A stretch of DNA of 63,840 bases, counting the filler, from Octopus bimaculoides (lineage: Eukaryota): the NCBI RefSeq assembly GCF_001194135.2. It is 4 parts of 4 records of this genome, joined end to end, with 100 filler letters (N's around TTAATTAATTAA, not from the genome) between each part and the next. Parts side by side here need not be neighbours in the genome. Positions count along the whole stretch, not along the records: positions 12,657 to 40,805 come from NC_068986.1; 3 more parts are not named here. The stretch is one strand, 5' to 3'. The translations under genes were made by a program, and so were the position numbers. The notes under the pieces are model-generated. The model was given only the letters and a program-made list of their open reading frames with translations. It had not been told where the DNA came from and did not search any database. Below are positions 23,588-36,536 of this stretch, piece after piece (the first letter of the stretch is position 1; the number at the start of each line of letters is the position of its first letter).

Positions 23588-25059
23588 NNNNNNNNNNNNN
23601 NNNNNNNNNNNNNNNNNNNNNNNNNNNNNNNNNNNNNNNNNNNNNNNNNNNNNNNNNNNNNNNNNNNNNNNNNNNNNNNNNNNNNNNNNNNNNNNNNNNN
23701 NNNNNNNNNNNNNNNNNNNNNNNNNNNNNNNNNNNNNNNNNNNNNNNNNNNNNNNNNNNNNNNNNNNNNNNNNNNNNNNNNNNNNNNNNNNNNNNNNNNN
23801 NNNNNNNNNNNNNNNNNNNNNNNNNNNNNNNNNNNNNNNNNNNNNNNNNNNNNNNNNNNNNNNNNNNNNNNNNNNNNNNNNNNNNNNNNNNNNNNNNNNN
23901 NNNNNNNNNNNNNNNNNNNNNNNNNNNNNNNNNNNNNNNNNNNNNNNNNNNNNNNNNNNNNNNNNNNNNNNNNNNNNNNNNNNNNNNNNNNNNNNNNNNN
24001 NNNNNNNNNNNNNNNNNNNNNNNNNNNNNNNNNNNNNNNNNNNNNNNNNNNNNNNNNNNNNNNNNNNNNNNNNNNNNNNNNNNNNNNNNNNNNNNNNNNN
24101 NNNNNNNNNNNNNNNNNNNNNNNNNNNNNNNNNNNNNNNNNNNNNNNNNNNNNNNNNNNNNNNNNNNNNNNNNNNNNNNNNNNNNNNNNNNNNNNNNNNN
24201 NNNNNNNNNNNNNNNNNNNNNNNNNNNNNNNNNNNNNNNNNNNNNNNNNGAGAGAGAAAAAAAAAACGCTTTCTCTAACGTCTCTCTTTCTCTCTATCTC
24301 TCTCCACAAATTTGTTATTTATATGAAGAGACGGCAGCGGCGGCGAAGGCAGCGAGGCGATGATGGTAGGGGCATGTGATGACGATCCTGGAAGTCAGGG
24401 TTATAATGACAGTGGTGGTGATGGCGTTGATGACGGTGGTGATGGTAAGAGTGATGACGACGTCGGTTGTAGTGAGGGCGTTGATGACGGTAGCTGTCTG
24501 TCATCATTCGGTGACTTACATAAAGCTCAAAACGCTACACTCATTGTTTTACTGGCTTTAGTCATTGGACATGCGACCATACTGGAGCACTGTCGTCAAT
24601 AGATGTTAAAATCTTAGTTGAACCACAGTTTAACTCCAGTGTTTAATTTAAGTTTTGCGCTGTGTGCGCATGCCTGTGCATGCATGTGTTGTGTGAGGGA
24701 GAGGAGGAGAGAGAGGGAAGGAGGGAGATGGCAACATCAGCAATGATCGGAGCGATGGACAGTAAAATTACTTAATGTAGATGTGTCTGAGTTTGTTGTG
24801 AACGGCGATAATGATAGTGGCTGTGGTGGTGGTGGTGGTGGTGGTGGTGCCTGTAATAATGATGTTACTGTTGCTGATAATGACTGAGATGATGATGATA
24901 ATGGAGATAGTGGTGGTGGTGGTGATAACGACGACTAGGTGGTGCTACCCCTGCCAGTTAGTTTGTAGCAGGTTAGATTCCATCATCGGGGGCTGGGTGG
25001 AGTAAAGAGGGACTCGTAGAATGAACTAATGTTATGCTGCAGTGAACAAGTATTTCACG

Positions 25060-25860
25060 TGTCGTTGTGTTGAGGGTGTGTGTTGTACGTGTATGCGAGT
25101 GTGTTGTGTATGTGTGTGGCATGTGTGTACGTGTATGTGAATGTATTGTGTATGTTGAGTGTGTATGTGCATGTATTGTACTGTTTGTATGTATGCTTTG
25201 TGCGTGCGTTCTATTGTATGTATGTTCTATATGTATGCGTGTATGTTGATTGTGTATATAAATGTAGTGTATGTGTTTGTGTATATAAATGTATTGTGTG
25301 TTGTGGTGTGTGTGTTATGTGTGCATTTATGTTGTGTGTGTGTTATGTGTGCATTTATGTTGTGTGTGTACGTGCGAGTGTATTTGTATGCGTGCTCGTG
25401 TTGCGTATGTGTTGTATGTATGCGTGTGTGTATAGGCGAGTGTGTTTGTATTATATCTGTTCTGTGTATGCGTGAGCGTTGTATGTTGTGCTTGTGTATG
25501 CGTGTGTGTTGTGTTGTGTGTGTGCGTTGTATGTTGTTTGCATGTGTTGTGTGTTTGTATTATATCTGTGTATGCGTGTGCGTTGTATGCTGTGCTTGTG
25601 TGTGTGCGCGCGTTGTATGTTGTTTGCATGTGTTGTGTGTATGTATGTTGTGTGTGAATGTTCTGTGTATCTTTGTGTTGTGTGTCTGCTGTGCGCATGT
25701 TTGTGCTTGTGAATGGTGTGTGTATGGATGTTACCTGCTTTTGTTATGTGTGTATGTGTTGTGTAAAGGCATTTCTGAGATGTTGAATATGAGGCATTGG
25801 AACTGTCATGTTCAACATGCTTCTCACTGTGCGTGAGGGGGAGATTGTGTGTGTGTGTTC
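25060..25860. repeat. TG-rich cryptic simple repeat
   Basis: Degenerate (TG)/(TATG) units; this tract produces the Cys/Val-rich spurious ORFs. Confidence 0.9.
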
Positions 25861-26433
25861 GGAGTGGGGATGGGGGAGGGCATTTGGTATGTTACGAATT
25901 ATTCAAATTATTCAAATTAGCTTTTCATGGTAGTGTTAAGTTTTGTTAATGGTGGTAGCTGCTGTATTGTTTGAAAATAGCAGTAGTAGTCGAATATTAT
26001 TTTTGTTGTAATAGTCGAATATTATTGTAGTAGTAGTAGCTTTGTAGTGGTAGTGGTGTGTCGTAATGGATTCTGTAACTAATTAGTTGGCTGGATGGAC
26101 CAGCTGTGAAGAGACATCATTGCTTCTGTGTTTACAATAGCCAAATAGGACCAAACAATAATACCAACAGCAACAATACACTCTTAGACAGGAACCGTTA
26201 TCAAAACGAGTCTCTCTCTGTTTTCTGTGATTTGGCCTCTCATAGGCGATGTCTTCTTAATGCTTTTATATTTTGTTAGAATCAGTAATAAGTTTAGTTT
26301 CGGGAGACGAGTGTAAATTACTCTTGCACCACCAGTCAACTGTAGCAACTTCACGTTATCACTCGATCTGCTAGAAATAGCTACTAAATCTGTCTTATAT
26401 CACAAAGTACTGTCTTTCGAAAAGGAAGGACTC

Positions 26434-26472
<39 letters not shown>

Positions 26473-26589
26473 CTAGATACACTATGTAGTAAAAGAGCAA
26501 CAAATGGATTTGCTCTTGATCAAATATCTTTGAGTTGAGACTGAAGAACATCTACAATCATCAACTAAATGTGTTTCTGGGCAATTTTA

Positions 26590-27290
26590 ATGTCATTCCA
26601 GTGTGTCATTACCGTACGATGTTATAGCGTTATTCCAGTGCGTCATTACTGCGCAATGTTANNNNNNNNNNNNNNNNNNNNNNNNNNNNNNNNNNNNNNN
26701 NNNNNNNNNNNNNNNNNNNNNNNNNNNNNNNNNNNNNNNNNNNNNNNNNNNNNNNNNNNNNNNNNNNNNNNNNNNNNNNNNNNNNNNNNNNNNNNNNNNN
26801 NNNNNNNNNNNNNNNNNNNNNNNNNNNNNNNNNNNNNNNNNNNNNNNNNNNNNNNNNNNNNNNNNNNNNNNNNNNNNNNNNNNNNNNNNNNNNNNNNNNN
26901 NNNNNNNNNNNNNNNNNNNNNNNNNNNNNNNNNNNNNNNNAGTGTCATTACTGTACATTGTGATATATAATGTAGTGTACTATATAATGTTATTACTAAT
27001 GTTATTCCATTGGTTCATTACTGTACAGTGTTATAGTGTCAGTGTCATTACTAAAGTAGCGTCATTCCAGTGCAGTATCATTTTTTCATTACCTTACAAT
27101 GTGTAGTTAATGTACAATGGTATATCATTGTACCGTATAGTGTTATCACCGTTTGTTATTACTGTCCAGTGTTATAGTATCATTACCGTACAGTAGTGTT
27201 ATTGCGGCATTACAGTGTGTTATTATAATACAATGTGTCGGTTCCATTTTGGACTGTGGTCAGTCAGTACATTACAGCTTACACTATAAT
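26590..27290. repeat. Diverged minisatellite built on gtgtcattac(c/t)gtacagtgttatag-like units
   Basis: The motif recurs many times on both sides of the gap. Confidence 0.7.
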
Positions 27291-27348
27291 GTTGTCATAT
27301 TTAACGGACATGTTAGTACAAAGAGAAATCAAAGGCGTTTCTAGAAGA

Positions 27349-27477
27349 ACATTTAGCCATCAGTCTTATTGGCGTCTATGCTAAATGTTTTGTTAACCAT
27401 CAACATTATTGATGGTTAAATATTCATTTAGCCATCAGTTATATTGACAGTTAAATATTCGTTTAGCCATCAATTAA
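27349..27477. repeat. Array of four quasi-palindromic ~35-bp units
   Basis: tta(g/a)ccatca starts at 27353, 27393, 27428 and 27463. Unit 2 is a perfect 11-bp stem (ttaaccatcaa-catta-ttgatggttaa). Confidence 0.85.
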
Positions 27478-28130
27478 TTGCGCACGGGGGAATAATTCTG
27501 TTCAATGTTAGACTCTAGAAGTTTGGCTCTTTTATCACGTTTCAAAAGTATTCTGCGAGAATATATGCTTAAAAACCATTTTACTTCCAAACAAAACGAC
27601 CACCAACCAGCACCACCACCAATACTACGTTACCACTACCATACCATCAGTATAGCTGCTACCGTTACCACCGTCGCCACAATATTAACACGCCTACTAC
27701 CACTACACCATGCTGCCAACACCACTTCTACCATCACCATCACACTACCACTATGCTACTAGAGCCAATAACACTATCATTACCACTACCAGACAGTTCA
27801 ACCGTTTGTTGTGTCATAAAGACATGGACAAAGCCAATTATTTGAGGGAACGTCTACGTAGTCGCTCGATTTGCAGAAGGTAGCAGCTATATTACCTCTC
27901 AGATTTCACCCTGTTGATTTCACGAATACTATGGATAACAGCCCGAACTAAACGACGAGATGGTTATGGTCGGGATGTCTTTGGTGCTATGTCTTCGAAA
28001 TTAAATCTGGCCTGGGACTAAATCATAGCAATCATTGTCTAAGACCGATAATGGAACCGCTTTTGCCAATGGATAACTAAACCTCTTGTGCCCCGACACG
28101 TTTCAGAGTAAATAAAATGTTTGTGTTTTT

Positions 28131-28320
28131 TTTATCGTTATTTTTCACTTGTTTCAGCCATTGGACTGCAGCCGTGCTGAGGCACCACCTTGAAGGGCTT
28201 TTTAGTCGAAAAAAAAAACCGTCCCTAGTACTTTTTCTTTTATAATGCTGGTACTTATTCTATAGGTCTTTTTGCCGAATCGCTAAGTTACACGTAAAGA
28301 AGCCAACATCGATCGTCATG
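28131..28320 (-). mobile_element. SINE-A tail half
   Basis: cttgtttcagccattggactgcagcc...gccgaatcgctaagttac. Confidence 0.75.
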
Positions 28321-28535
28321 TTGACGTAGTTTTCAGGGAGATTCAGCGTGACACAGAATGTGACATGACTGGGGGCCCCCTTTGAAATACAGGTACTACT
28401 CATTTATGCCAGCTGACTGAGTGGACTAGAGGAACGTGAAATAAAGTGACTTGCTTCCAGGACACAACACGCCTCTGAGAATCTAACACGGCGAAGTCAA
28501 TTGACTACTCTTGGCCATTTAACCACGCGCTTTTT
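28321..28535 (-). mobile_element. SINE-F (C-type head and core, F-type tail), partial
   Basis: Contains cgtagttttcagggagattcagcgtgacacag ... gaaatacaggtactactcatt ... cgtgaaataaagtg. Confidence 0.75.
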
Positions 28536-30599
28536 CACTATAAGGCTCAGTGCCCGAGTAATCGACAAACATGGGAAGCTTCAACATAATTCTCAGGTTG
28601 AATCAGCGTCACAAATATGTGACAACGCTTTTTCTGTTAGGATTACTGGTATAATCATCCGACCGGCTTCCAAACAGTTTCCGTTCACCCATTTTCACTC
28701 ACAAAGCATGTCTCGGCTCGTGGCCATGATAAAGACACTTGCCCAGGATTTCACGTAGTAGAATCGATCTAGATACCTCGTGGTAGCTAAAAACTAGCCT
28801 CCTAGTTTATTACCTCTTTATTCTTTATGAAACCTCTTTATTAAACTAGAATTTCTGTTTGTATTTTTTTCACATTTTTAAGACGGTAATTTTATTTTCG
28901 CGACACATTTAAAAGTACTTTGGTGTTCCTATGTTTTTAGGAACCACTGCTCCATGTAGTCGTCTGATCTGTTAGAAATAAGAGCTAACTCTCTGTAAAA
29001 TTATATTCTGTTGTAGGCATCTATTCAATCAAAGCTGACCTTGGTGCTACAAGTCTTTTGAGAGTTTTTGCTGCTGTTTTCATTTCTTTTTCTTTTTCTA
29101 TTGTTTCTTTTCTTTTTTTCTTTTCTTTTTTAGTTTTCTAGTCTTCGCAGCAAACTGAACTTACTGACACTTAACAATCTTGCCTGGATTTACATAACAA
29201 TAGCGACTATCACTGCTATTCCATCTACCATCACCACCACCACCACCTAACACATCGCGAACAAGAGCCGCTATCTCAGTCATTACATCTACTACTGCCA
29301 CTAACAATAACCACAGCAGCAATAGCCACTATCGTCGACATAGCTACAACTAACACAAACAACACCAATAACAATAGCCATCCACCTACGACCACTACTA
29401 GCTCTGCCTGTACCACAGTCACTCACAATAGCACTAACAACAATATCCACGATCGTTGCTATTTCAACCGCCAACACCACTAACAACAGCTACAACAGTA
29501 CAGTGACAAGGACAGTGTCTTTAACCCCCTCGCTCCGGTTCATACTCTGTTTAACGCTAATTATTTTAAACCGTCAGCTGATTACACTTATCTGACCTCG
29601 CCACATCAACGAAACTTACTTTCTTTCCAGTGTCATGTCATATCACTCAGCCGAACCCTCTTACTCCCAATCAGTCAGTCAGTCGTATATGAGACGATCA
29701 CTGGCCTCAGCAGCAGCTTCTTAAACTGGATTTTTTTTCTTCTTCCACGCTTTTTGTGTCTAAACAAATAAGGCAGGGAGCGAGGCTTGTTTGTGTGAGA
29801 GTGAGAATGAAAGCGTGTGGTGTATGATAGATAGATAGATATAAAAGAAAGGAATGGTGGGGTTGCGGTGTCGTGTGATACCTACCTGTGTGTAGAACTT
29901 AACCTAAGACGTGCTGCCAGCGTTTGCACGCTTGTCAATTCTACTCTCCCTCTCTACTCTCCACGACCCCTAATGAACGAACTCGAGTGAAGGCACGAGG
30001 GAGCTGAACAACAAGCCCTTTTACCCTTTCATTAATATCCACCTGCTGCCGATATTATTATTTTGTGTGTGTGGGTGGAACTATAATCTTTCCTTTTATT
30101 TTGAAGGTTTGGGGAGGGGCTTATCTTTGCATGTATGGTGTCTTGTGGATTAATATACATATAAATAGATATGAATGCGCGCGCGCTGTGTGTATGTGCG
30201 TAAAGACATGGCTTAGTGATACAGTGTTGGACATGTGACCGTAAGCTGTAGTTTTGTTACTTCCATATGCCGGGTAACGGAATTATGTTCTTGAGAAATG
30301 CATTTCACGTTTTGCTTTGCGGGAAGGACTGTTTTAACGAAGTCTCGTCTTGGCCCTACCTTCGAAACCCGGAGTAGATAAAACAGGGGACAACTGATGA
30401 GGGAAATGTTCTTTATTTTGCCTGTCTCGTTTCTCTATTTGCTTCTTTCGTTGTTCGAAAAAAGTTCATTTTCCATGCTTTTGTGTTTTTTATGTTCTCG
30501 TTTCTCCTTTTGTTCACTGATGAAAAAGAAAAGAAAAAAAATCTTCATCTCACTCATCTATATAATTTAAACTGCAGACGGATTGCACTGACATTGTTG

Positions 30600-30890
30600 C
30601 TACTACGGGCAATACATGACAGTTTGTAGATGATACGTAAAAATCAAGGCCAAATATTATGACAATGTACCTCCTATAACAAATACAATGTCAGAACAAA
30701 GATGGTTTGATGCTCAATTTTGGAGAAAGCACGATTGAGGTGGTACACAACCTTTTCGTTATGGTAACCTCCTCATCACAAATACTTGGGATGGTTTCAC
30801 TTTATGGATTTCAACGAAATGGTACAAAATATTGGGTCAAAGCTGGAAAAACCTGCCTACTGTTTGGAACGATGATGTACAATGGCGATC
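30600..30890 (+). pseudogene. Possible highly decayed RT (RTE-like) fragment
   Basis: Frameshifted reading ...GLMLNFGESTIEVVHN/FRYGNLL...ILGQSWKNLPTVW resembles the EVVxxFxYLG region. The match is weak. Confidence 0.3.
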
Positions 30891-30948
30891 TTTTTATTTA
30901 TTTATTTATTTTCTTTGGTGGGGACTGATACTCTCATAGACGATAACT

Positions 30949-31155
30949 TACTCTTTTACTTGTTTCAGCCATTTGACTGCGGCCATGCTGGAGCACCGCC
31001 TTTAGTCGAGCAAATCGACCCCAGGACTTATTCGTTGTAAGCCTAGTACTTATTCTATCGGTCTCCTTTTGCCGAACCGCTAAGTTACGGGGACGTAAAC
31101 ACACCAGCATCGGTTGTCAAGCGATGGTGGGGGGACAAACACACAAACACTCATA
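30949..31155 (-). mobile_element. SINE-A tail half (runs into a gap)
   Basis: Near-consensus reverse complement. Confidence 0.9.
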
Positions 31156-31752
31156 NNNNNNNNNNNNNNNNNNNNNNNNNNNNNNNNNNNNNNNNNNNNN
31201 NNNNNNNNNNNNNNNNNNNNNNNNNNNNNNNNNNNNNNNNNNNNNNNNNNNNNNNNNNNNNNNNNNNNNNNNNNNNNNNNNNNNNNNNNNNNNNNNNNNN
31301 NNNNNNNNNNNNNNNNNNNNNNNNNNNNNNNNNNNNNNNNNNNNNNNNNNNNNNNNNNNNNNNNNNNNNNNNNNNNNNNNNNNNNNNNNNNNNNNNNNNN
31401 NNNNNNNNNNNNNNNNNNNNNNNNNNNNNNNNNNNNNNNNNNNNNNNNNNNNNNNNNNNNNNNNNNNNNNNNNNNNNNNNNNNNNNNNNNNNNNNNNNNN
31501 NNNNNNNNNNNNNNNNNNNNNNNNNNNNNNNNNNNNNNNNNNNNNNNNNNNNNNNNNNNNNNNNNNNNNNNNNNNNNNNNNNNNNNNNNNNNNNNNNNNN
31601 NNNNNNNNNNNNNNNNNNNNNNNNNNNNNNNNNNNNNNNNNNNNNNNNNNNNNNNNNNNNNNNNNNNNAGTGGTGGTTTTTATGGTGGTGCTGATGCTGG
31701 GATGATAGTGTTGGTTTCGGTGGTGCTAATGCTTTTGCTGGTATTGGTTGGG

Positions 31753-31789
<37 letters not shown>

Positions 31790-32207
31790 CGGTGGTGGTG
31801 TTAGGTGTGTGAACATTAAAATAATAGTTAGCTGGTGAGGATTAATTGTTGTCAAAGTTTTAGCATCATATAAAGCAGCTGTATGTTGTTTATCGTGCGT
31901 GTATGTGTAGTGGTAGTAGTAGTAGTAGTTTGTGCATATATGCGCGCGCGTGTGTATGTATCAGATGATAGGAGTCCGAGATGGAATTGTTGTTGAACAG
32001 ACTAGCTTACTGGGCCTAGTGCCAAGCTTAGCTGTAAAAACAAAGTAAACTAACATATCCGACACACACACACATACACATATACACCGCGCTGGTTTGC
32101 TATTTTGTTTAAATATCCTATATACACCCTGCTCTAGTTGAATATATACTATCTGCTTCTGTTAAATATGTTTCATACACCCTACTTACTTAAATTTACT
32201 ACTAATA

Positions 32208-32667
32208 TTGATTTCAAATTTGGGCACGAGGCCAGTAGGTTTTTTTTTGGGGGGGGGGAGTTGGTAAAGCGATTACATCAACCCCAGTGCTCTACTGGTA
32301 CTTAATTTATCGACTCCCGAAAGGATGAAAAGCTAAGTCGACCGCAGCGGAATTTTAAATCGGAACGCAAAGACGGACGAAATGCCGCTAAGCATTTTGT
32401 CCGGCATGCTTACGATTCTGCCAGCTTGCCATTTGTCATAATATTAATAATATTGGTTTCAAATTTTGGCACAAGGCTGGCAGTTTCGTGAGAGGATTAA
32501 GTCGATTACATCGACCTCAGTGCTCAACTGGTACTTCTTTTATCGACCCCTAAAAGGATGAAAGGCAAAGTCGACCGCAGCAGAATTTTAAATCAGAAAG
32601 TAAAGACAGACAAAATGCCGCAAGCATTCTGCCCGGCGTGCTGACGATTATGCCAACTCGCCACCTT
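32208..32667 (-). mobile_element. Two tandem SINE-B copies
   Basis: Copies lie at about 32208-32428 and 32452-32667 in the same orientation, separated by an aataat spacer. Confidence 0.88.
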
Positions 32668-32899
32668 CAATATACTACTAGTATTACCTTGCTTTACTAA
32701 ACCTTATTGACATCATACTTTAGTTAAAACATCCTATATTTACATCTTGCTTTTATCTAAAGGTATACCATGTACACCCTTCTGTTAATATAATATTTTC
32801 ACCTTGCTTTTGTCTTAAAAAAAAAAAATTCTGTATACAGCTTGTTTTAGTTTAATATGTTGTTTACTCTACGGGCTTCTTTTTTTTTATCGATTCACC

Positions 32900-33208
32900 C
32901 AGGAGTCGGGGAACTTTTTACACCAATTACTCTAAAATATATTTATTTGCGCCGACGTTACCCCTTTGATTTGAAAGGAAGAAAATCATAGATTCTAAAA
33001 ATCTTTTGAACTCAAAGAATCTATTTTACTGAATCTATTTACACGTCCATTTCATTGTACAGATGCAGTGTTGCCAGAAAATTTTTTTTGTAACAAGGAA
33101 CACGTTTTTTATGTAATCTTACTTATGTCTAATGAATCCTCATTACCCTCCAAAGTATTTCATTTTTACCTGCACTTGGGGTAATTTACCCCTGTTCGCC
33201 GACCCCTG
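32900..33208. mobile_element. hAT-type MITE (distinct family)
   Basis: TIRs are caggagtcggggaac and gttcgccgacccctg. The putative TSD is gattcacc versus aattaccc (5/8). Confidence 0.6.
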
Positions 33209-33600
33209 AATTACCCGAAGGAAGAAGTGTCTCACCCAGTCATAGCCGTCTGTTGAGTCTCCGAGACTTGTAAGCAAGGAGAAAGGCCTCGCCTGAATCC
33301 TTGCACAAGAGTGAGTTCCACTAAAGCACCCAGGGTTTCGATGTAGTTTAAGGCTAAACTCTCTCCTCTTCCTCCCTTTCCTCTTCCCTCACTTCTTTCC
33401 ACCTCTCTCTCTCTCGAGTCCTGAAAAGTCCTTAAATGAATAAATAATAAATAAAATAGTAATGACGCAGAGAAAGGGGGAGAGAGAGGGAGATATGCAG
33501 TATGTTGGCCAGTGAATAACGAGGTTTATTTACGGTTTATGAGCGGATTATAGGATTTCATATTGATTTTCTACTTGTAAAGTATTATACATTCGCACAC

Positions 33601-33722
33601 ATAAACATATGTATAAACACACACATACACACATAAACATATGTATAAACACACACATACACATATAAACATATGTATAAACACACACATACACATATAA
33701 ACATATGTATAAACACACACAT
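33601..33722. repeat. 32-bp tandem repeat, about 3.8 copies
   Basis: The unit is ataaacatatgtataaacacacacatacaca(c/t). Confidence 0.92.
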
Positions 33723-34719
33723 GCATATATACATACACACATACGCACGCACTTTATATACCCACCTTATCAATTTGAGGAGAGAATTGAATATTTTCTT
33801 TTCATAATGATACATACTGTTATATATGACACCCGTAACTTACAGTAAGATCTTTCTATAAACCAGTGCATGTTTGTTTCATTTGGCGACCTTGACGCTT
33901 CTAGTGTGTGTTGTTCGTAGTTAGGGTTAGTGAGGGGGGGGGTGAAAACTGTTTTCGTAATATGTGTTCAGCGATTGTCTTATTTGTTGAAGGAGACAAG
34001 ACTTGTGTATGACCCCGTTTTAAGAGTTTTCGAGGTCTCTGTNNNNNNNNNNGACAAGACTTGTGTATGACCCCGTTTTAAGAGTTTTCGAGGTCTCTGT
34101 CCAAGTCATGAAAACAAGAAATGGAGAAGAGGAAAAAAATAAGTCCTTCTCTTTTAGAGAATGTGTGTGTGTGTGTGTGTTTCTTTCTAGAGAAAAGATT
34201 CTCATGTGTAGAACATTATTCAGTTTAGATATATGGACTGAAGCTATACTACCCATGACCCTTTGACAGTGTTTAAAACTTTGGCAAGTGGAACAACTTA
34301 CACACACAGACAACCACTCACACACACTGGTTGTGTGTTTCGTAAGTGCCACTCACGAAACACTCGGACTTCCAATGACGTGTTTAGCTTCTTAGCTAAA
34401 TAATTATACACTTCGCTTTCGTATTTGGTTTGCTACATTCTTGATGTGAATTCGTGTGTTGAAACAAGTCTTAAGAAGGTCATAACGCCAATAATAATAA
34501 TAATAATAATAACACGCACTGGTACGTGCATTTATTATTATTGGTACAAGAATTATTTGAACACACACGTACATAGATACATATATATTATATATACACG
34601 TATAATTATATAAATGGTTGTTGATATGCAACATATATTTGCTGAAATGCGCGTACGTTGTACAAAGTATAAAATACCATTTATGCCTTCTGTATTTTAT
34701 TAATACAATAAGTGTGTGT

Positions 34720-35330
34720 GTGTGTGATGAATATGCTTGAGGTGTTTCTCGTCATATGAACCTATTAATAGCAATTAAACATGTATTACGTCCTTTGAAT
34801 AATATTTATCTCTCGCCAGATGGAGTACTTTTTGGATTGATCTTTCTATCACGGAACAGTGCATTATATATATATATATATATATATATTATTTTTGTAT
34901 TCCATGGCATGGAATCATTGGAATGTGGTACCATTAATCTTCAGGATCTATCAAAATCTCTACGAATATTAACGAGTTGTAAAATATGAAGTAGCAGCTC
35001 CATGGTATAGTTCTCAAATCTTCAGATACATTTGAATTCGTTTCTATTGAGGTGCAACTCAGAATTGAAACTGTGTAGGTCTTCACGTGAGTGAGTGAAT
35101 GAATGACAATGTGTGTGTGTACACAATAGAATGATCACCAAAAGATGCCCAGCAATAATTATTCTCAAGATACAACTTGTAAAAACTGAATTATTTGAAA
35201 TGTCTGGACGTTATAGATGTTATAATGTTAAAAATAACTTCAGATCGTCTGCATCTTCCATTTTAAGATATCCAATTCATTGTAGACAGTTTGACTGCAA
35301 CCTCTATGAAGACTCATAAAACCACGTACA
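34720..35330 (-). pseudogene. Decayed CR1/L2-like reverse transcriptase fragment
   Basis: The minus strand gives DADDLKLF (YADD-like), then LQV/DLENNYCWAS and ELHLNRNEFKCI with frameshifts. It is interrupted by microsatellites. Confidence 0.42.
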
Positions 35331-36384
35331 ATAATCGTATGCTGACTAACAAAGACTCAACTGAATCAATCTTGTATAAACTTGTATAATAATTATACTC
35401 TGATATAGAAGTTCTATGTACCTAATACATATCTGTTCATCTCTTTATTGCTTTTTCTGTGTCTCTACGTCTATTTTTTTCTTTCTGCTTGCTTGTCCTC
35501 TCTTTTGTCTACTTGCTTTTCTTCCTTTCTTTTTCTCTTTGTCTTTCTCGCTCTTTTTCTTTCTTTCCTTCTTTTTTTTTGTTATGGTTTCCTGTCTCGT
35601 TCTGTCTGCCTGTCTATCATTCTCCTGCTTGTATCGTCTGCCTGCGGGTATATGTCCCTGTATCATTTACTACAAAATATGAACAAGTCTTTATATCTAA
35701 GAGACACAATTTCTTTGAAAACTAAAATTAAATTGGCAATGAAATGATTAAAAACAAGACCAAAAGGAGAAAGATTCAAAAGAAAAGAAAAATCAACGGA
35801 TGAAATTCTTCGATATTAATATAGGTGTAGACATGGACGTGTGGTTAAGAAGTTCGCTTCGCAGCNNNNNNNNNNAGAAGTTCGCTTCGCAGCCACATGC
35901 TTTTGGGTTCGATCCCTACTGTTCAGCTCATTTGTCAAATGCCTTCTATGCCTTCTACTATAACCCGAGATTGGGTTGATGAAATAACTGTTGGTCAAGT
36001 ACTGAGGTTGGTTTAACAGACTCTGACCTCATCCCGTACATTATTTGTGGCGATGTACGTGTTAGAAATCATCGAGGTCGTGTTGTACTGAAGTCACAGA
36101 AAGGATAGTTGGTTGGATTGAATGTTTTCGGTATATAGATACACCCATCTAGTTCGTGAGTTCAAATTTCACTTGTGGCATCTTATTTTTGTAAGGTCAA
36201 AAAAGCGCATCATTTTTGCCAGCTGAGTAGACTGGAGCAACGTGAAATAAAGTGTTTTAATCAAGGACACAACGCGTGGCCGGGAATTGAACTTACAACC
36301 TTGCAATCGTGAGCCGAATACCCTAACCACGCGTCTTCACAGAAGAAATACTGCTATAGCGTTTGTCTAGACTGGCAACGATTC

Positions 36385-36536
36385 TTATTTCTTTATTACC
36401 CACAAGGGGTTAAACATAGAGGGGACAAACAAGGACAAAAGGATTAAGTCAATTACATCGACCCCAGTGCGTAACTGGTACTTAATATACTTAATTTATC
36501 GACCCTGAAAGGATGAAAGGCAAAGTCGACCTCAGC
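36385..36536 (-). mobile_element. SINE-B core with an alternative tail
   Basis: The B-type core is identical in pattern, but the tail reads ...ccctctatgtttaaccccttgtgggtaataaagaa. Confidence 0.75.

Noticed and set aside
24300-24560. Gly/Asp-rich, CpG-rich stretch resembling an exon
   Set aside because: It is consistent with a decayed (GAT/GGT)n microsatellite, with no splice or homology support.
25067-25836. Cys/Val-rich ORFs up to 225 aa
   Set aside because: They come from a TG-rich simple repeat and are not metallothionein- or keratin-like genes.
27349-27477. CRISPR-like appearance of the palindromic array
   Set aside because: There are no unique spacers or cas genes, and the context is eukaryotic.
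33995-34100. 48-bp direct repeat around a 10-N gap
   Set aside because: Typical unmerged contig overlap; the same pattern occurs at 35848-35893 and 39749-39842.
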